This document shows positions 27,231 to 40,508 of a DNA stretch of 64,000 nt, piece after piece (position 1 is the stretch's first letter; the number at the start of each line of letters is the position of its first letter). The position numbers and the translations under genes were made by a program. The notes under the pieces were generated by a model, which was not told the origin of the DNA, made no database searches, and worked only from the letters and a program-made list of their open reading frames with translations. Where the stretch lies: NCBI GenBank assembly GCA_951406725.2, contig OX597815.1, forward strand, positions 102,300,001-102,364,000, written 5' to 3'. The stretch comes from Octopus vulgaris. Taxonomy: Eukaryota.

Positions 27231-28399
27231 TCATTTCAGAAAAGTATATCTTATGTAAATTGTTTCTATTGAATGGAAGTTTCCATTGGAGGTTTTCGGC
27301 AGAAGTTAACATTCAGTAAATATGATTTGTCGTTCCATGTCTGGGAGGTTTCGTCCTGGCGTTTGTATACTAACTAGCTTCCGTAATTACATGTTTCACA
27401 AGAAGGTTATACTTTAATGACATAAACTTGCCATAGTCGATCTGTTTTTATCACATCTCAGAAAATCTAACAATGTTCACTATAAATGTCGCCATGTTCC
27501 CCTGTAAGAATTTTGTATTTTTATTTCTAGATTGAAGGGGAATATCGCTTTAGTGTTTGCTGGTTCATTAGTCAATATTCTGGTCGGTGTTAAAGACATG
27601 TTTCAATTTAATCATGCATTACCGCAAGGTGTATGTGGAATCTTTATTCTCAAGATTATTTATTAGCTTGGTGTACCCCGCGGTTCGAATGTCACTTGGG
27701 ATAACCTTGATTGAATCTCGAGCAGTTCCGAAATAGTCTGTCTTTACATAAGCAATTCACGTAAATGCGTTCTATATATAAATGTTTAGCATAATATTTT
27801 ACTTTGTGGCCGTTCAACTAGTTATAAACAGTAGCCAAGTATTTCTCAAATCACACATTACTGTCACGAAAAAAAGATACATAGAATAATGCAGTGCTTA
27901 ATACATTACATCTGAATAAAAGAGATGGCCATAAAGAGAATGTATAATTATAGGTTTGCCTGATAAAGGCAAAGTTAGGATTAAGCAAGAACAATAAAAA
28001 CACAACAGTGACAACAACTAGGTGTTTGCAGATATTATCTTTTTTCCTAAAACACTTTAATGAGTTGATCTCGTAACATTATCTCAACATCCAGTTTGTC
28101 CTTAACGAAATATAATTCCTCCAGAGATAGTATACAAATACGTTACAATATTCTCACTTTGTGCTAAGAGGAACTATATCTTATTATCATATTTTTCATA
28201 ATGTTGGTATAACATTATTTCTGTGAAGCATTATTTTTATTAACAATGCTAGTTATGGTCAGATATTATCAAAAGCAATATTATTTATAGCTGCCATGGT
28301 TTTGAGAAAAAAAGTGAGATAGTCAGATAGCTTCCGTTGACTTCTGTCTTTGTTAATAATTTGAACAGTCGAAAACTGATATGTAAATTACTATTAATA

Positions 28400-28617
28400 A
28401 TACTTTCTACTGAAAGCACAAGGCCTGAAATTTTTGGAGAGGAAACTAGTCGATTACATTGACTCCAGCGTTTCATTGGTACTTAATTTATCGACCCCTG
28501 AAATGTTGAAAGGCAAAGTCGACCTCGACAGAATTTGAGCTCAGAACGTAAAGACTGACGAAATGTCGCTAAGCATTTTGCCCATCGTGCAAACGATTCT
28601 GCTAGCTCGCCGCCTTT
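28400..28617 (-). mobile_element. SINE family 2 copy with target-site duplication
   Basis: Full head-to-tail reverse complement, flanked by the direct repeat TAAATTACTATTAATAATA (28384-28402 and 28617-28635). Confidence 0.85.
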
Positions 28618-28746
28618 AAATTACTATTAATAATAATAAGGAAAATAAAGTGGTGGTGAGAGAATCATTAGAACGTTGGACAAAATTCCTTGTATTTAAT
28701 TATAGCTTTTAACATTCCAAGTTCAATTACCAGTGAATGTGCTCAT

Positions 28747-28780
<34 letters not shown>

Positions 28781-28783
<3 letters not shown>

Positions 28784-29267
28784 GATTGAACGCCACGCAT
28801 CCTCTTCCAAGTAAGTTTTATCTTAATAATTTTGATGCGCTCTCTTTTCTATCTTTTTGCTCTTTCGTTTTTCTCTCTTCCTCTTTCTTATTCTTTTACC
28901 TCATCTTCTCCCACTATTCTCGCCACCACAACCGCGTTTAGAGTTAGCAGCCTTTCCTGTTTGTTTTCACTGTCCTGTTTTTGTTACTAGTTTTGACCCT
29001 CCGCAAAAATTCCAAATTCTACTTAATTTGCTTTGCAGGAGCAACTGTTTTATCGAAAGCGCATCGTGTTGTGGATTGCTCGAAATATGAGAGTAGAAAA
29101 ACAGCCAACAACTGCTGAAGGGTTATTCTTTATGTTGTTTGTCTTGTTTTCCATGTGTGTCTTTCGTTGTTCGAAAAAAATAGTTCATATTCCATGTACT
29201 CATGCATATACATACATACATACATACATACATACATACACACACATACATATACACACATACATAC

Positions 29268-29321
<54 letters not shown>

Positions 29322-30112
29322 ATATATATATATGCGTGACGTTCAATCATATAATAATGCAAATAATATATATATATTATTTGCATTATTATATGATTGA
29401 ACGTCACGAATCCTCTTTCAAGTAAGTTTTATCTTAATAATTCTGATGCACACTATCCTTTTACTCATTCGTTTTTCTCTCTTCTTCTCTCTTATTTTTT
29501 ACCTCCTCTTCTCCAAATATTCTCTCCTTTCGGTTTTTCTGCCTTCCTTTCTCATATTCTTCTATCTCCCTTTTCCCCCTTCTTGTTTTTTCTTACTTAT
29601 CATATCTCCGAATTTTTTTCTCTCCCCTTCACAGTTCTCTGTCTGTCATTCTCTTTCCCTCACTCTTCCCCACTTGCTCACGTGGCTCACACATGACCAT
29701 CGGTCATCTTTCTTTCTTCTCCTAACTTGTGTTTCTTTCTGTCTCTCCGTTGTAGCTGAATTAAAGAAGACGTGTTCTTGTCCAAGGTTGATTTACGCGT
29801 TCACCACCACAACTTCGTTTAGGCTTAGCAGCCCTTCCTGTTTGTTTTCACTGTCCTGCTTTTGTTACCAATTTTGACCATCCGCAAAAATCTTATATTT
29901 TATTTAATTTGCAACTGTTTTATCGAAAGCGTATCTTGTTATGAGTAGAAAAAACAGCCAGCAACTGATGAAGACTCGTTCTTTATGTTGTCTTGTTTCC
30001 AATTGTGTCTTTCGTTGTTCGAAAAAATAGTTCGTATTCATGTACTCGTACTTCGTATTTTTTGCTGTACACGTTTCGTGACGTCCTGTGCCCACATATG
30101 CATATATATCTA

Positions 30113-30191
<79 letters not shown>

Positions 30192-30343
30192 ATATATCTA
30201 TCTATATATGTATGTATGTATGTATATGTATATATATACGTATAGATGTTAAGTATGTACATGTACGTATGTATATATATGCATATATATATTATTCATA
30301 TTTTTATATGATTGAACGCCACGCATCCTCTTCCAAGTAAGTT

Positions 30344-30349
<6 letters not shown>
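28781..30349 (+). repeat. Partial tandem of a ~0.4-0.7 kb pyrimidine-rich unit (Penelope pLTR-like) separated by TA/CATA/CTAT tracts
   Basis: TATGATTGAACGYCACG.ATCCTCTT.CAAGTAAGTTTTATCT recurs at 28781, 29392 and 30307. The first two units share a long downstream block (CACCACAAC...GAAAGCG...GTTCGAAAAAATAGTTC). Confidence 0.65.
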
Positions 30350-30394
<45 letters not shown>

Positions 30395-30541
30395 CATATA
30401 TATATATATATATATATAGTACAATATATATATACATCTATATGTATATATATTTTATACTATATATATATACATATGCGTACATGCAGGAATGTACATC
30501 TACACTGACACACTCATATATGTGTGCATACATACACACAT

Positions 30542-30572
<31 letters not shown>

Positions 30573-30880
30573 CATACATACATACATACCGAATAGTGAA
30601 AATGAGCGCTGAGCGCTGCACCGGTGGATGTGGGTTGACAAGGATACCATTGGTTTTATGTCGAGAGAAATTTCAACAATTTTGAAGCCTACCACATAGG
30701 ACGTTGTTGCTCTTCTCCATCTAGGATGACAACACAGCAAAATCACATATGATCGCACGAAATTTTAGGATGAAGAAATGAATATACATAGCGAGGGAAC
30801 CACCCCCAATTATCATCTTCTTTGAATCAATTCGAAAATATAAATATAGACACGTGTATGTCCGCGCATATTTTGTACAC

Positions 30881-30926
<46 letters not shown>

Positions 30927-31294
30927 TGGCTTGCACAACCATACCTGTGTCATGTATTTTGAGTGTGTGCACTTAATAATTCTTATTTGCATATATGTGC
31001 ACATAGTTGCGGAGTTTCACATATTTTTCACTTATTTTGGCGTCATACTTGATCCCTGATATGTCTGAGTGTGTGTGTGTGTGTGTGTGTGTGGATGTGT
31101 TTGTATGTGTATGTGTGTGTATGTGCGTGTGTGTGTGTGTCTGAGTGTCTGTATACAAGTCTAAGGAAGCATATTTATAGTCTCATGATGCCATATCATT
31201 CATATATTAATTCACAGAAACAGTTACGGTGCAGATCGATTCACTTCATATGCTATTCTCTGAACATCATTTGTTAGTTAGTCAAAGTAAATCT

Positions 31295-31500
31295 AGTAGA
31301 ATCGTTAGTACTCCGGGCAAAAATGCTTAGCGGCATTTCATCCGTCTGTATATTCGGATTTCAAACTCCGCCGAGGTTTTCTTTGCCTTTCATTCTTGCA
31401 GGGTCGATGAAATAAGTACCAGATAAACACTTGAGTGGATGTAATCGACCCATCCCACCAAATTGCAGGTCTCATACCAATAACAAAAAGAAGAGTAATT
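31295..31500 (+). mobile_element. SINE family 2 copy
   Basis: GAATCGTTAG..AAATGCTTAGCGGCATTTC..TCAAACTCCGCCGAGG..GGGTCGATGAAATAAGTACCAG matches the 21010 unit. Confidence 0.75.
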
Positions 31501-33657
31501 AGTCAAAGGACTGAGGTTGTAACCATCACCTCTGCTAGTTTTCCTCTCTATACTTGTAATATTAATGAGATTGATGTCCAGTCTGAACATCTGCATATTA
31601 ATGTTTAAAAAAAGATAAATACTGGAGGTGAGGGAGCCAGTAGTCTGTTCTCAGAGTTTGTATTATAGAGTGAACTCACAAAAATGTACCTGAATAATAT
31701 GAAAGCTTTTGCTTTACACTAATTCAGCATCTTTTAAAGACAAAAAGCTCTTCAACTATGATCATTCCATATTATTCAATCACAGCTTATTCTGAACTAC
31801 GTTATACAATGTTTTTTTTTTATGACAGTAGACTTTAATGATAAAGGGATTTGTCTTCTTTTTCTAGCTGGTTCATTTAGCATTGAAGTCGAGCGTCGTG
31901 TTAAGCTTTGCACGACTTCCTTATCTTCTTACATTTATCTTATGCTTTTAGTAAATATGCTTATTTTTCTAGATACAAACCTTATAAAAAATAAGTAAAG
32001 ATTAATTAGAACATGTCAGTATGTAAAGATTAATTAGAAATTATCAATATTTTACTTTTCGATTCGATTCAATTTTTAAAAGCCAAATTTTAAACAATAC
32101 ACTTTTAATAGACAAGTCTCTCAAAATTCAAGTAATATTCTGAAAAGATTCAGTTGAGCTGAGACATGCAGAATAAAATATCCTTCTTAGAGACACGACA
32201 AACCATCTAAATTTAATTGGAATCGAGTTGGTAGTTCTACAAGTTCTCCACTCAACTATATTTCCCCTATTTAATACGATATATAGACATATAACTTCAT
32301 TTCTCGGAAGTGGCATGGAAACTGTATCGATTCGTATAAACTGTAACAGAAACACGAATCATCTTGCAACCATGCACTAAAATTATGTCATATAAGAAGG
32401 ATTAATGATGTATTTGACATTTGTACGTATAACCTTTCTATATTTCATTTTGCATGAGCGGGAAATGAGATTTCAATGTATCTGTCAACAGTTAAATCTA
32501 TCTACACTTTTAACATGTATTTATTTGCATTAGCTCTTCGAGAAGATTACTGTCAAGAATTGTCATTTTAAATATAACGCTAATAATAATTTATGTTTAT
32601 AAATAATTCATGCATTTACATACGAGTATAAATATATTTATCCCTCACATGAACAGATGACGGCTTAGGGTAGGTAGTGAGTGTTTCAATCCGATCTGGA
32701 TTTCTCTCGTAACTCTTTAACTACTTTTGGTTGCCGAGTTGAAGTAGCGGTGTAATAGACACCGTCGCATATCTTATTTCCTATGGCTTTGTAATAATCA
32801 AATGAACATAAATAATTTGGAGCTATGTAGATAACAAACGTAAACGTGCTATAGAACGAAAGACAGCGAAATGTTCACCACGACTGACTGCAGTAGATGA
32901 TGGCTGGGTTAGCAAAAGATCGTTTTAGCGTGGTAAGGCTGAAGTGACAGCAACGAAAGAAGAAACTTACTATAGGTGGTAGACTAAATTTGTTGCCATG
33001 TTTAGCATTATCATCTGGCACCTTTAGTGCCTTTAGTGAAATCCACTCCGTTGTAAGCATTTGGGTCAAAGCTTCGCGGCTTTAGTATAATTTTCTCTCT
33101 CTCTCTAACCAGTCTTTGTAGTCCCGTAAAAGATCTCGAGCAGTGCCTTCTCTTCAGGTTAAAAGATATAAAATAAAACGATTAGGGGCAATAGTAGTTA
33201 TATCGTGTATGTTGAGTTTCATAGGTTGTTGAGGAAGAACTGAGATGGAGTTTAGATATTTTTAGTAAGCACAGAGAGGAGAGAAGGCAGTTATAAAACA
33301 GTACTACATAACGATCTACGTTGTATCTAACAGAGAGATAATTTGTGTTACCATATATTAGGAAGTGTGCATCAAAAAGAAATAACTATGCACTCTCAAT
33401 GATTAATATTATTTAAGTTATTCCGGCAAGTAACGAAAACAGCCCCGACATATTTCTCAATCTTATAATTCTTCAGAGGCATAGATTTCGCTGGTGTCCA
33501 TATGCTAGAGACTCTCTATGCAGGTGAAGAACTCGAGTAGTAAAGAAAAATTAGTGTATTTAGAAAATACATTCCAGAGATAGTTACGTACACGTATATG
33601 TGCTTGCCTATGTGTAATTGTCTGTACGAATGCGTGAGTACGTGTGTGTATGTGCTT

Positions 33658-34862
33658 TTTTTTGTAGTTTCAGCTCAGAGCTGTAGCCATACTGGAGCAC
33701 CGCCGTTTTGCTACACTGTTGTTACTGAGATGCTCCGCTAATATGCGGCACTTGGTGTAGAATGGAGTTTTATGTAGCTAGCCTCATTTGCACCTCTTGC
33801 CATGAGGTAGGCTCGTCTGGGACTCTCGACAGGAAGTCCAGCCTTGATTTAAAAACGCCTACATCTACTTTGTGCAAGTTCCTCAGGCTCTCTGAGAGAA
33901 GTGGGCCCCTGAAACCCAGGCTGTTGCAGTAACTGGTCCTGAAGCGCGATAGCATTGCTGGGATCTTTGGCACTGTGCAGTGTCGACCCGTTCTGGCATT
34001 GATGTAGCTTTCAATGCCAAAATTTGGCACAATTCCTTCTATGATCTTCCAAATATATATTACTGCATACGTCTCTCGCCTTTACCCCAGGGAGTAGAGT
34101 CTTAGCTGTTTCAGCCTTTCCCAGTAGCTGAACTGTTGCAAAGAGACGATCTTCTTTTCAGAGGACGATCTTCTTTTCAGAGGACAATCATGGTTTCCTT
34201 ATCTCTAGTTCTGAATATTCTCAGGATCCATCCAGCCAGTCGAATATATGTTTGCTGCACTTTGTCGCCATCCTGGTGATGTGCACTTGGAAAGAGGAAT
34301 CACCACTCATGTCTATACCCAGGTCCCTCACTGATTTAGGCTCTGGGATTGTAATTCCCTGTGGACCAGTGTACTCTTTAACTTTCATATTCAGTTTTGG
34401 ACGCTGGTAGCGTAGGGCTTGGTATTTTTCTGCATTGAACTGCATATTATTATCCTCAGTCCATCTGTAAATTGAGTCCAACTCCTGCTGCAGATGTGCA
34501 ACATCGTTGGGCTTTTCTGTATTTTCTGCGAGACTTTCGTATCGTCTGCGTAGCTAACAAGGGCGGCTATCCGGGCAGTTGAGGGCATATCTGAGAGAGT
34601 CATTATGAAAAGCAGTGGTCCCAAGACAGCCCCGTGGAACACCGCGCACTGTTTGTGTTTTCATTGAGGTGGCTTCATTGGCCACTACTGCTTGACTTCT
34701 ATCTTTCAGAAAGTCATGTAACCACTCTCCAAATTTTCCAGACAGGCCGAAATCACGCAGTTTGTAGCATATCATACCATGGTCAACTTTGTTAAAAGCT
34801 TTTGCAAAATCAAGGTATATTACGTCCACATTTGAGTGGTTGAGTAACAGCCTCAGTACCCA
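33658..34862 (-). mobile_element. 5'-truncated CR1-group (Zenon-like) LINE with RT remnant and 3' stem-loop tail
   Basis: DVIYLDFAKAFNKVDHG, GVP/GAVLGPLLF, SYADDTKV, WTEDNNMQFNAEK, VRDLGI, YWERLKQLRLYSL in successive frames. Tail GGCGGTGCTCCAGTATGGCTACAGCTCTGAGCTGAAAC followed by poly(A). Confidence 0.88.
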
Positions 34863-35526
34863 TTAATATATATGCGTGTGTTTACACATATATTAATGTA
34901 TCTGAATATATGTTTTGCTGCGTGCTAAATGTGTGAATATGTGAGCATATGCGTGTGTGTTAACATAGTGAAATTAAGATATATTAGTGAATCACAAAAG
35001 AGAAAAATAACGAAAATATATAATCATTAATTATCACTTTCGCGGAAAAAAAAACCCTCCAGTATTTATAGTATTCCATAATATACACACACACACTCAA
35101 GTAAACATACAGACTTACACGTCTACACTCATACAGTTATACAAATATATATATATACACATATAATCATACTCATATATACATACACACACATTTATGT
35201 AGACACACACACACACATATTTATGTAGACACACGCACGCACACATACACACACGTATATACACAATATGTATATATATACATATATATACGAGTGTATT
35301 AGTGTGCATCTGTGTGTAATACACTGTCTGCTTTTGAGTGCTTATGTACCAAACTTTTAACGATAAAATGTCTGGATCAGTGTGCTCTTAAATAGAAGCC
35401 TTTTAACCAGACGCAACTTTCAGTTCGTTTCTGGTTCCTGGAACCCAAACAATCGAAAAATGTTGTTGATTATGGTAGCAATGCAGAAAAGTATTTTTCA
35501 ATCATTCATGAAAAAGAAACATTTCA

Positions 35527-35788
35527 TACACACACACACACACACAGATGCACGCACACGCACGCACGCACACGCACGCACGCACACGCACGCACGCACA
35601 CGCACGCACGCACACGCACGCACGCACACGCACGCACGCACACGCACGCACGCACACGCACGCACGCACACGCACGCACGCACACGCACGCACGCACACG
35701 CACGCACGCACACGCACGCACGCACACGCACACGCACGCACGCACACGCACGCACGCACACGCACGCGCACACGCACGCACGCACACA

Positions 35789-35820
<32 letters not shown>

Positions 35821-37240
35821 CACGCACGCACGCACACGCACGCACGCACACGCACGCACGCACACGCACGCACGCACACGCACGCACGCACACGCACGCA
35901 CGCACACGCACGCACGCACACGCACGCACGCACACGCACGCACGCACACGCACGCACGCACACGCACGCACGCACACGCACGCACGCACACGCACGCACG
36001 CACACGCACGCACGCACGCACGCACGCACACGCACGCACGCACACGCACGCACGCACACGCACGCACGCACACGCACGCACACGCACGCACGCACACGCA
36101 CGCACGCGCACGCACGCACGCGCACGCACGCACGCGCACGCACGCACGCGCACGCACGCACGCGCACGCACGCACACGCACGCACGCACACGCACGCACG
36201 CACACGCACGCACACGAACGCACGCACACGCACGCACGCACACGCACGCACGCACACGCACGCACGCACACGCACGCACGCACACGCACGCACGCACACG
36301 CACGCACGCACACGCACGCACGCACACGCACGCACGCGCACGCACGCACACGCACGCACGCGCACGCACGCACACGCACGCACGCACACGCACGCACGCA
36401 CACGCACGCACGCACACGCACGCACGCACACGCACGCACACGAACGCACGCACACGCATGCACGCACACGCACGCACGCACACGCACGCACGCACACGCA
36501 CGCACGCACACGCACGCACGCACACGCACGCACGCACACGCACGCACGCGCACGCACGCACACGCACACGCACGCACGCACACGCACGCACGCGCACGCA
36601 CGCACACGCACGCACGCACACGCACGCACGCACACGCACGCACGCACGCACACGCACGCACGCACACGCACGCACGCACACGCACGCACGCACACGCACG
36701 CACGCCACACGCACGCACGCACATGCACGCACGCACACGCACGCACGCACACGCACGCACGCACACGCACGCACGCACACGCACGCACGCACACGCACGC
36801 ACGCACACGCACGCACGCACACGCACGCACGCACACGCACGCACGCACACGCACGCACGCACACGCACGCACGCACACGCACGCACACGCACGCACGCAC
36901 ACGCACGCACACACACACACACACACAAATGCACGCACACGCACGCACGCACGCACACGCACGCACGCACACGCACGCACGCACACGCACACGTGCACAC
37001 ACACGCACACGCACGCACGCACACACACGCACACAGACGCATACACACACACACACACACACTGACAATTTGCGCCCACACGCACACAGACACACAAATA
37101 TACACTCACACACGCACACAAACACAAACAAACATACTCACACACACTCACATACACACATACACAAACACGCATGCACACGCACGCACACACACACAAA
37201 CACACATAGATGCATTCATACGCACACACACACACGCAAA
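35527..37240. repeat. ~1.7 kb alternating purine-pyrimidine (GCAC)n/(GCACGCACAC)n microsatellite
   Basis: Direct inspection; it is the source of the 500-660 aa HARTH/RACV ORFs. Confidence 0.97.
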
Positions 37241-37527
37241 CGATAGAGAACGAAGGGAAGCTATCATAATTTTATCTTTGAGACCGAACACACATACACT
37301 TATTAATCAGCGGACAAATTGGAAAACTTCCATAAGTACTGGTACTATCATTTATTGCATGTATTAACCTTGATAGGCACCAAACACGAAACCTTCGGCC
37401 CTTGAGTTACTTTCGGAATGTTTCAGCGAATTTTGCCATTTAGTTTTGACAAACTATATGCTTTAACTTTCATGAAACTGTAAATGAAGAAGCGTCAAAA
37501 TATATTATAATCAATAACGCTAGCTTA

Positions 37528-37916
37528 TAGGCGCAGGGGTGGCTGTGTGGTAAGTAGCTTGCTTACCAACCACATGGTCCCGGGTTCAGTCCCACTTGGG
37601 CAAGTGTCTTCTACTATAGCTTCGGGCCCACCAAAGCCTTGTGAGTGGATTTGGTAGACGGAAACTGGACGAAGCCCGTCGTATATATGTATATGTATAT
37701 ATGTGCGTGTGTGTGTGTGTTTCTCCCCTCCCCAACATTGCTTGATAACCGATGCTGGTGTGTTTACGTCCCCGTTCGGCAAAAGAGACCGATACAATAA
37801 GTACTAGGCTTACAAAGAATAAGTCTTGGGGTCGATTTACTCGACTATAAAGGCGGTACTCCAGCATGGCCGCAGTTAGATGACTGAAACAAGTAAAAGA
37901 GTAAAAGAGTAAAAGA
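37528..37916 (+). mobile_element. SINE family 1 copy
   Basis: Colinear with 4020-4439; ends in (AAAAGAGT)n. Confidence 0.9.
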
Positions 37917-38282
37917 CCTTAGTTAATGAAATAATGTTTTACAATGGAGTTGAGCGGAATGAACCCGATAAGATGTTTGCAATATTACAGTTTTCAACTC
38001 CCAGCGACGTGTGCGCCTACAGTCAGCGATATATATTTCAAATAAATCATATATATACGTTAACGACATGTAGTGCTTTGTTCTGATTTTTTTTTTATTT
38101 TCTGGAGCGTCGTACAAAAAAATAAAAAGTTTTAAATTTTCGTTTACATAAAACATTTTGCCAGCCATACCTCTCTCCGTTTTAGAGTATACAAGCAGAA
38201 GCAATTTTTTTCTATTTCGATAATGTTTCCAATCTTTTTTTTTTGTGAATTTATATATAATAAACATTGGAAATATTTAGAT

Positions 38283-38447
38283 ACCACCTTTAATCGAGCA
38301 AATCGACCCCGATAATGTTTCCAATCTTTTTTTTTGTCCCGAGGCTATAGTAGAAGACACTTGCCCAAGGTGCCACGCAGTGGGACTGAACCCGGAACCA
38401 TGTCGTTGGTAAACAAGCTACTTACCGCACAGCCACTCCTGCGCCTA
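38283..38447 (-). mobile_element. SINE family 1, inverted and internally deleted copy
   Basis: Head reverse complement at 38338-38447 plus a 3' piece at 38283-38310, joined by a duplicated GATAATGTTTCCAATCTTTTTTTTT (also at 38219). Confidence 0.8.
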
Positions 38448-38613
38448 TAAGTGTATAAGTTTTTTGGTGTACTTTTTAGGATCTAGAGTTATATGGAGAA
38501 GACAAATAAGCGCAATATATATTTGTGAATTACCTTTCTCTTTTCACAAAATCATAATTTCCGGTGTTTAAACGCAGAAATCTGGAAAATACTCTATGTA
38601 AATTAAAAATTAA

Positions 38614-39027
38614 TAGGCGCAGAAGTGGCTGTGTGGTAAGTAGCTTGCTAACAAGCCACACGGTTCCGGGTGCAGTCCCACTGCGTGGCATCTTGGGCAA
38701 GTGTCTTCTGCTACAGCCCCGGGTCGACCAATGCCTTGTGAGTGGATTTGGTAGACGGAAACTGAAAGAAGCCTGTCGTATATTTGTATATATATGTATG
38801 CGTGTGTGTGTTTGTGTGTCTGTGTTGGTCCCCCTAGCATTACTTGACAACCGATGCTGGTGTGTTTACGTCCCCATCACTTAGCGGTTCGGCAAAAAGA
38901 GACCGATAGAATAAGTACTGGGCTTACAAAGAATAAGTCCCGGGGTCGATTTGCTCAACTAAAGGCGGTGCTCAAGTATGGCCGCAGTCAAAATGACTGA
39001 AACAATTAAAAGAGAGAGTAAAGAGTA
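38614..39027 (+). mobile_element. SINE family 1 copy
   Basis: Colinear with 4020-4439. Confidence 0.9.
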
Positions 39028-39395
39028 CTAGCCACCCCACCACACATACATACATGAAAGTATGTATGATTGAATGCGTTCGACGGGCGAGAGTTAAACC
39101 ACATACGTTCCGGCCCTAATGTTAATTACATTAAACTCTCAGCGTCACTTGAACGCGTAGGTTCCCTGCATCCGAGAGTGGGCTGTGACAAATTCTTTAT
39201 GTATGTATGTATGTATGTATGTATGTATGTATGTATGTATGTATGTATGTATGTATGTACGTATGTACGTACGTACTTTACAGAATTTGTTAAATACTGA
39301 ACGAGAAAAGTATAGAGTTGTTCTTTAAAAAAATTAATATATCCACACTGTAGTTCTGAATTGAGTTCTTCGCTTTAATATACATACATACATAC

Positions 39396-39426
<31 letters not shown>

Positions 39427-39441
39427 CATACATACGTATAT

Positions 39442-39540
<99 letters not shown>

Positions 39541-39635
39541 TTTATATATATATATTATATATATATATTTATATATATTTATATATACATATATTTATAT
39601 ATATATATTTATATATATATATATATTTATATATA

Positions 39636-39690
<55 letters not shown>

Positions 39691-39837
39691 GTATATATTT
39701 ATATATGTATATATATACATATACACGTAAACACACGAACATACACACACGTATATGCATATGCAGCTATATACGCATATATATATATATATATATATAT
39801 GCATATATATATATGCATATGCGTATATGTCTCTGTC

Positions 39838-39895
<58 letters not shown>

Positions 39896-40384
39896 CATAT
39901 ATATGTATGTGTATGCATATACGTGTGTGTCTATCTTCATATATATTTACTAAGAGGCGGTGAGTGAAGGATAGCGCTACAGACAAATGAAACAAGAAAA
40001 AAACTAAACAAACAACTCATCTATTTGAAAATTCACAAAAGCAATAGTTTGGAAGTATTGTAGATAAAGGCTTAAGTAAACAGCAAGCAGATTTGATGCT
40101 TCGATTGTTGTAGTAAATAGTGGTGGAATCTTCTATTAGGCTATAAACAGGTTTACTCCATTGTCTTTGAGGTCAGTGAAAAAAACAAACAGAATATGGT
40201 TATAGAGCCGCAGGTAGTGGAGGGGCGTGTATAATATCTGTATGCAAGTGTATGTTTTTGATATTAAGTGTGCGAGTGGGTATGGTATTTGTTCGCGCGC
40301 GTGTGTTTGTGTGTGTGTGTGTATGTGTGTTTGCGTGTATGTATATAGATGTTAGCATACTCATAAAAAGCAAAGTTACGTGTT

Positions 40385-40428
<44 letters not shown>

Positions 40429-40446
40429 AATAACAAAGGGTAAAAT

Positions 40447-40508
<62 letters not shown>

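Noticed and set aside
27800-28000. Old dispersed repeat with relatives near 7650, 7935, 48390 and 50330
   Set aside because: Too decayed to delimit or classify reliably by eye.
35382-37367. 661-aa and overlapping 500+ aa ORFs (HARTH/RACV repeats)
   Set aside because: Translations of a stop-free (GCAC)n microsatellite; no coding complexity.
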